Below the pieces are notes generated by a model, which worked only from the letters and a program-made list of their open reading frames with translations, ran no database searches and was not told where the DNA came from. Shown piece by piece: positions 60,318 to 64,000 of a DNA stretch of 64,000 nucleotides. Position 1 is the stretch's first letter. Each line of letters begins with the position of its first letter. Made by a program: the position numbers and the translations under genes. This DNA comes from Podarcis muralis (Eukaryota): contig NC_135655.1 of the NCBI RefSeq assembly GCF_964188315.1, positions 82,460,001-82,524,000 of the forward strand, given 5' to 3'.

Positions 60318-61271
60318 ATGAATAAGGGAAATGACAGCTCAGTGACTGAATTTCTCTTGCTGGGCTTTTCTGTCTTTGGAAAGAAACCAACTCTACTCTT
60401 CCTAGGTTTCTCTCTTATATATGGCACGATCCTGGTCTTCAACCTCACCATCATGTCTGTCATCCTGTTCGACCGGACTTTACACAGCCCCATGTACTTT
60501 CTACTCTTTACATTCTCCGCATCAGAAACCTGCATCACATTTGCAACCATCCCCAAGTTGCTGGTGACCCTGGTGACAGGCAGTCAATCCATTTCCTTTG
60601 TTGGGTGTGCCATGCAGATGTTCTTCTTTTCTGTATTTGCAGCAAACAATTGTTGCCTGCTTGCTGCTATGGCTTACGATCGGTATGTGGCAATATGCTG
60701 CCCACTTCAGTATCAGGTACTGATGAACAAAAGAATTTGTACCCAAATGGTAGCAGCTTCATTTGTAACTGGATGTATCATAGCACTGAGTATTAATACT
60801 CTCATTTTCAGGTTGCCCTTCTGTGGGCCAAATGGAATCAGGCATTTCTTTTGTGATCTCCTACCTGTGCTGAGGCTGGCTTGCATTGATGAATTGGTCT
60901 TGCACTTGACTAACATTGCAATCATTATTTTGTGTGCCATTGTTTTGCTGGGCACAGTCTTACTGATGTTTGTCTCATACTTTTACATCATTTCTGCCAT
61001 CCTAAGGATCCCCTCCAGTGTAGGAAGGCAGAAAGCCTTCTCCACGTGTGCCTCCCACCTCACAGTGGTGATAACACACTTTGGGTGTGCATCCTTTGTG
61101 TATTTGAGACCCAAGTCTTCCTCATCGCTAGATCAGGATACATTGATCTCAGTGACTTATGTCTTTCTAACCCCTCTACTGAACCCTGTGATTTATACCT
61201 TAAGAAACAGGGGCGTTAAAATAGCCATAAAGAAATTACTAGCGCACTCATTCCGTTCTCAGAAACTGTGA
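60318..61271 (+). CDS. Olfactory receptor, family 10-like, 317 aa
   Basis: Complete OR motif set. The ATG homologous to the paralogs is 60318; the track's upstream ATG at 60231 lies before the splice acceptor at 60294-60295. Confidence 0.93.
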   Translation: MNKGNDSSVTEFLLLGFSVFGKKPTLLFLGFSLIYGTILVFNLTIMSVILFDRTLHSPMYFLLFTFSASETCITFATIPKLLVTLVTGSQSISFVGCAMQMFFFSVFAANNCCLLAAMAYDRYVAICCPLQYQVLMNKRICTQMVAASFVTGCIIALSINTLIFRLPFCGPNGIRHFFCDLLPVLRLACIDELVLHLTNIAIIILCAIVLLGTVLLMFVSYFYIISAILRIPSSVGRQKAFSTCASHLTVVITHFGCASFVYLRPKSSSSLDQDTLISVTYVFLTPLLNPVIYTLRNRGVKIAIKKLLAHSFRSQKL

Positions 61272-62009
61272 AGAGAAGGAATTTTGACCTGTCAATGAAC
61301 ATGCACGTCCTGATTGAGAATGCAGTTGTTTAAGCTGCGGCCGTTATTTGACATGAGAAATAAACTTGGATATGATTTAGGGTGGGGAACATGGTTTAGG
61401 AGATAAAGGTACCCCACTTCTCCCATACTCTCTGGTTCCAATCCTGATCATGTCCACCAATGACTGTCATCTTTAGTTTTCAAAAATACAAGGAATGTCA
61501 ATCCAAATATTGAACATTATGGGTAGTTTGGCCTTAGTTTTAAATAACAACATACCGTTCTCTAATACAGTTTGCCAGTCCACTGTTTCAGTATTTGTTC
61601 CTGAATAAATATTTACTCAAAAAATCTGTACGCAGTAATTTGTACTCTAAGGGTTGGTATCTGTTAGATCAGGGAGAGTCAATGTCTTCCCTTCAGATAT
61701 TTGGTGGACTAGAACTCTCATCAGGGTGAACTGACTGGCCAGCCATGTCCTTGGCTGTCATGGGTACTTCATTCTCAGAATGTGGGGAAGAGACTGACAG
61801 AGGAGGATCCCCTCCCTTTCTGTGATATCTGGGAGCAAAGGGGTAGAACCCTCTTCCTTGTCACCTCTTCATCTGTCCCAAATCCCAACTTCTGAATGCT
61901 CTGTCTCCTCTTGTGACAGACCCACCATGTCCCACTTGGCACCATGGGGTCCATAACAATTAGTCAGGTTTCAGAATATCCTGAAGAAGGACGGGGGAAG
62001 GAACTTGAT

Positions 62010-62260
62010 TACAGGTTACCAGGCAGAGGGCCTTCTCAGTAGTGGCGCCCGCCCTGTGGAATGCCCTCCCATCAGATGTGAAGGAAATAAACAACTATCC
62101 AACTTTCAGAAGACATCTGAAGGCAGCTCTGTTTAGGGAAATTTTTAATGTTTAAAGTTTTATTCTGTTTTTAATGTTCTGTTTAAAGCCACCCAGAGGG
62201 CCTGGGGAAACCCAGCCAGATGGGCGGGGTAGAACTAATAAATTGTTGTTGTTGTTGTTT
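62010..62260 (+). mobile_element. L2 LINE 3' end with (TTG)n tail
   Basis: agggccttctcagtagtggcgcccgccctgtggaatgccctccc (RAFSVVAPALWNALP) and an L2-type 3' terminus. Confidence 0.85.
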
Positions 62261-62729
62261 ATTCAGTTCACACTTTAGGGTGAATCTAATTTGCACATTC
62301 CAAAACCATATTTTAGTTTTAAATGCAGTTGCTGCTTCTGTATCTTTACTGTTTACAACTAAGTTTATTATACATCACCTTGAGAGAGGTGTTTATGAGG
62401 AGATTAGTAAATTGAATTGAGATTAGTAAATTGAATTCTGCAATGCGATTCTGCAGCCCGGTAATGTGTTCAGAATGAATCTACTAGTATAAAAGGTGCA
62501 TAAAAATGCACACATGGTACATTGTAAAATGTGTATAGTAATCACAACTCCATAAAAAAATGTGACCATTAAGATACATTTACACGAACAGGCTGATAAA
62601 ATTTCATTGAGGACTTTTTTTATAAATTGCAAATTCATGGAAATGTGGAGCGCTGAATTTAAGATTGGAAAAATGGAGACAGAAATTGAAATTGACACAG
62701 AAGAATAGAAGAGAAGCATCTAGTCCAAT

Positions 62730-62960
62730 ATCCTGTTCTCACAGTGGCCAATTACATGCCTGTGCGAAACCAGCAAGTGGGACCTGCGCACAAGAGCCCT
62801 CTTCCCTCTTGAAGCTTCTAGCAAGTGGTATTCAGAACCATTACTGCCTCCCACTATGGAGGCAGAGCACAGCCATCAAGGCTAGTAGCCACACATAGCC
62901 TTCTTCTCTATGAATTTATCCAATCATCCTTTGAAACTGTCCAGGTTGGGTGCAAGAAGC
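62730..62960 (-). mobile_element. CR1-like LINE 3' remnant
   Basis: cctgttctcacagtggccaa..ggaggcagagcacagccatcaaggctagtagcc..atgaattt; partial paralogs at about 50890 and 55040. Confidence 0.55.
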
Positions 62961-64000
62961 CTTTAGAGCTCCCTTCTCAGGTAGGGAGGGGAAAACCTAA
63001 GCTCCTTTGAGGCCCAATACACACCTTCAAAGCTTCCCATGGGGGTTCAAATATGGAGGCTCGAACAAAATTCCCATTCATTCAGACTTAGTAATGGTTT
63101 ACAGGGCAGAATTCAAAGAGTCTATGAGAGCATTTCCTGTATTGTAAGATATATGTCATCTTAACCATTCATCCTCTACCCATGCGCCTTTTCCAACCCT
63201 AGCATCATACAATCTCTCATCCTACCACAGACCTTGGACATACTTACTCAACCCATTTTTCACTGTACATGTTAGAACCCTTCTTGTACTTAATATAAAG
63301 TGGCTTTTCAGTTTAACATTCAGATGTTTGGTGTTAGCAGGCTCAATGAAACCCCAAAGTTTTGAGGCCTGACCACAAAACTCAGAAGACAAGATAGGGA
63401 GGAATCTAAAGTGTACAGGTGCTTCTTTGCTTTCACAGCACTCACTCCATGAAGCTTGGAAATACAGGAGATGGTTGTGGCTTTTATTCGTCCTGTGCAT
63501 CTGCTCAGAGCAAATCCTTGATCCCAAACTCATTCCGGCTGAGTGAGTCAAGGCAGCCCATGATTCTCTTAGATCCACCTGGAGCAATCCAGTGTTTGTC
63601 AAAATGGAGAGGCAGTCAGGTGGTGAGGAGAGTGGGAAGTAGATGATGTAGTCAGACAATCCCACCGCCATTGTCTCCCTCTTCCCCCACTGCTTATTGC
63701 CAACCACATGTTTCATTAGGGCTTAATACCCTGGTTGAACCTGGGCTAGGAGGGGGGAGTGAGACAAGGTCACCAACCACACTGAGTTGTATAACCCTGA
63801 TTACACCTTCTCGGGTGGGGCAGGAAGACACACTGACCACATGTTCAATTAGAGCTTAAACCATTATCTTTTTAATTATGGCCTTTATAAAACTCCTGAT
63901 GAAATTTAGGGTCCAGGTTGCCTTGGGTTCAGATCAGTCTCAGCCAGATTGAAGCCTAATCATGATTCTTGAAATTATTTATTTCACAAAATTTATCTAA

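Larger units (their letters stand above)
48080..64000 (+). repeat. Three tandem duplication units of the family-10 OR
   Basis: 5' and 3' flanks align between units (ATG spacing 4167 and 6933 bp); the length difference is largely explained by TE insertions. Confidence 0.9.

Overview
This is vertebrate genomic DNA: an olfactory receptor (OR) gene cluster from a squamate reptile. The SINE, BovB and MITE repertoire points to a lizard, probably a lacertid (inference). It holds ten OR genes with intact single-exon reading frames on the + strand and one 5'-truncated OR pseudogene on the - strand. They fall into three groups: five close class II family-5/8/9-like paralogs (ATG at 4691, 11814, 17711, 21311, 43045), two more distant family-5-like paralogs plus the fragment (27733, 34961, 47429-47940), and three family-10-like paralogs (49218, 53385, 60318). 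The cluster grew by 4-7 kb tandem duplications, later edited by deletions, one inversion and many insertions (Ty1/copia, two solo LTRs, L1, L2, CR1, BovB, Rex1, Sauria and Squam3-like SINEs, hAT and Tc1/mariner MITEs). The most interesting observations are: (1) a repeated candidate OR promoter and first-exon cassette (homeodomain site, O/E site, TATA, splice donor) whose gain, loss and inversion can be followed between units; its deletion coincides with motif decay in the OR at 21311; (2) an orphan CpG-island-like segment ending in ATG|GTAAG at 44.4-45.9 kb; (3) solo LTRs carrying long acidic-then-basic ORFs; (4) a truncated copia element that marks a deleted OR; (5) mosaic OR coding sequences. 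All alignments were done by eye and no database searches were run, so family names come from motif recognition.
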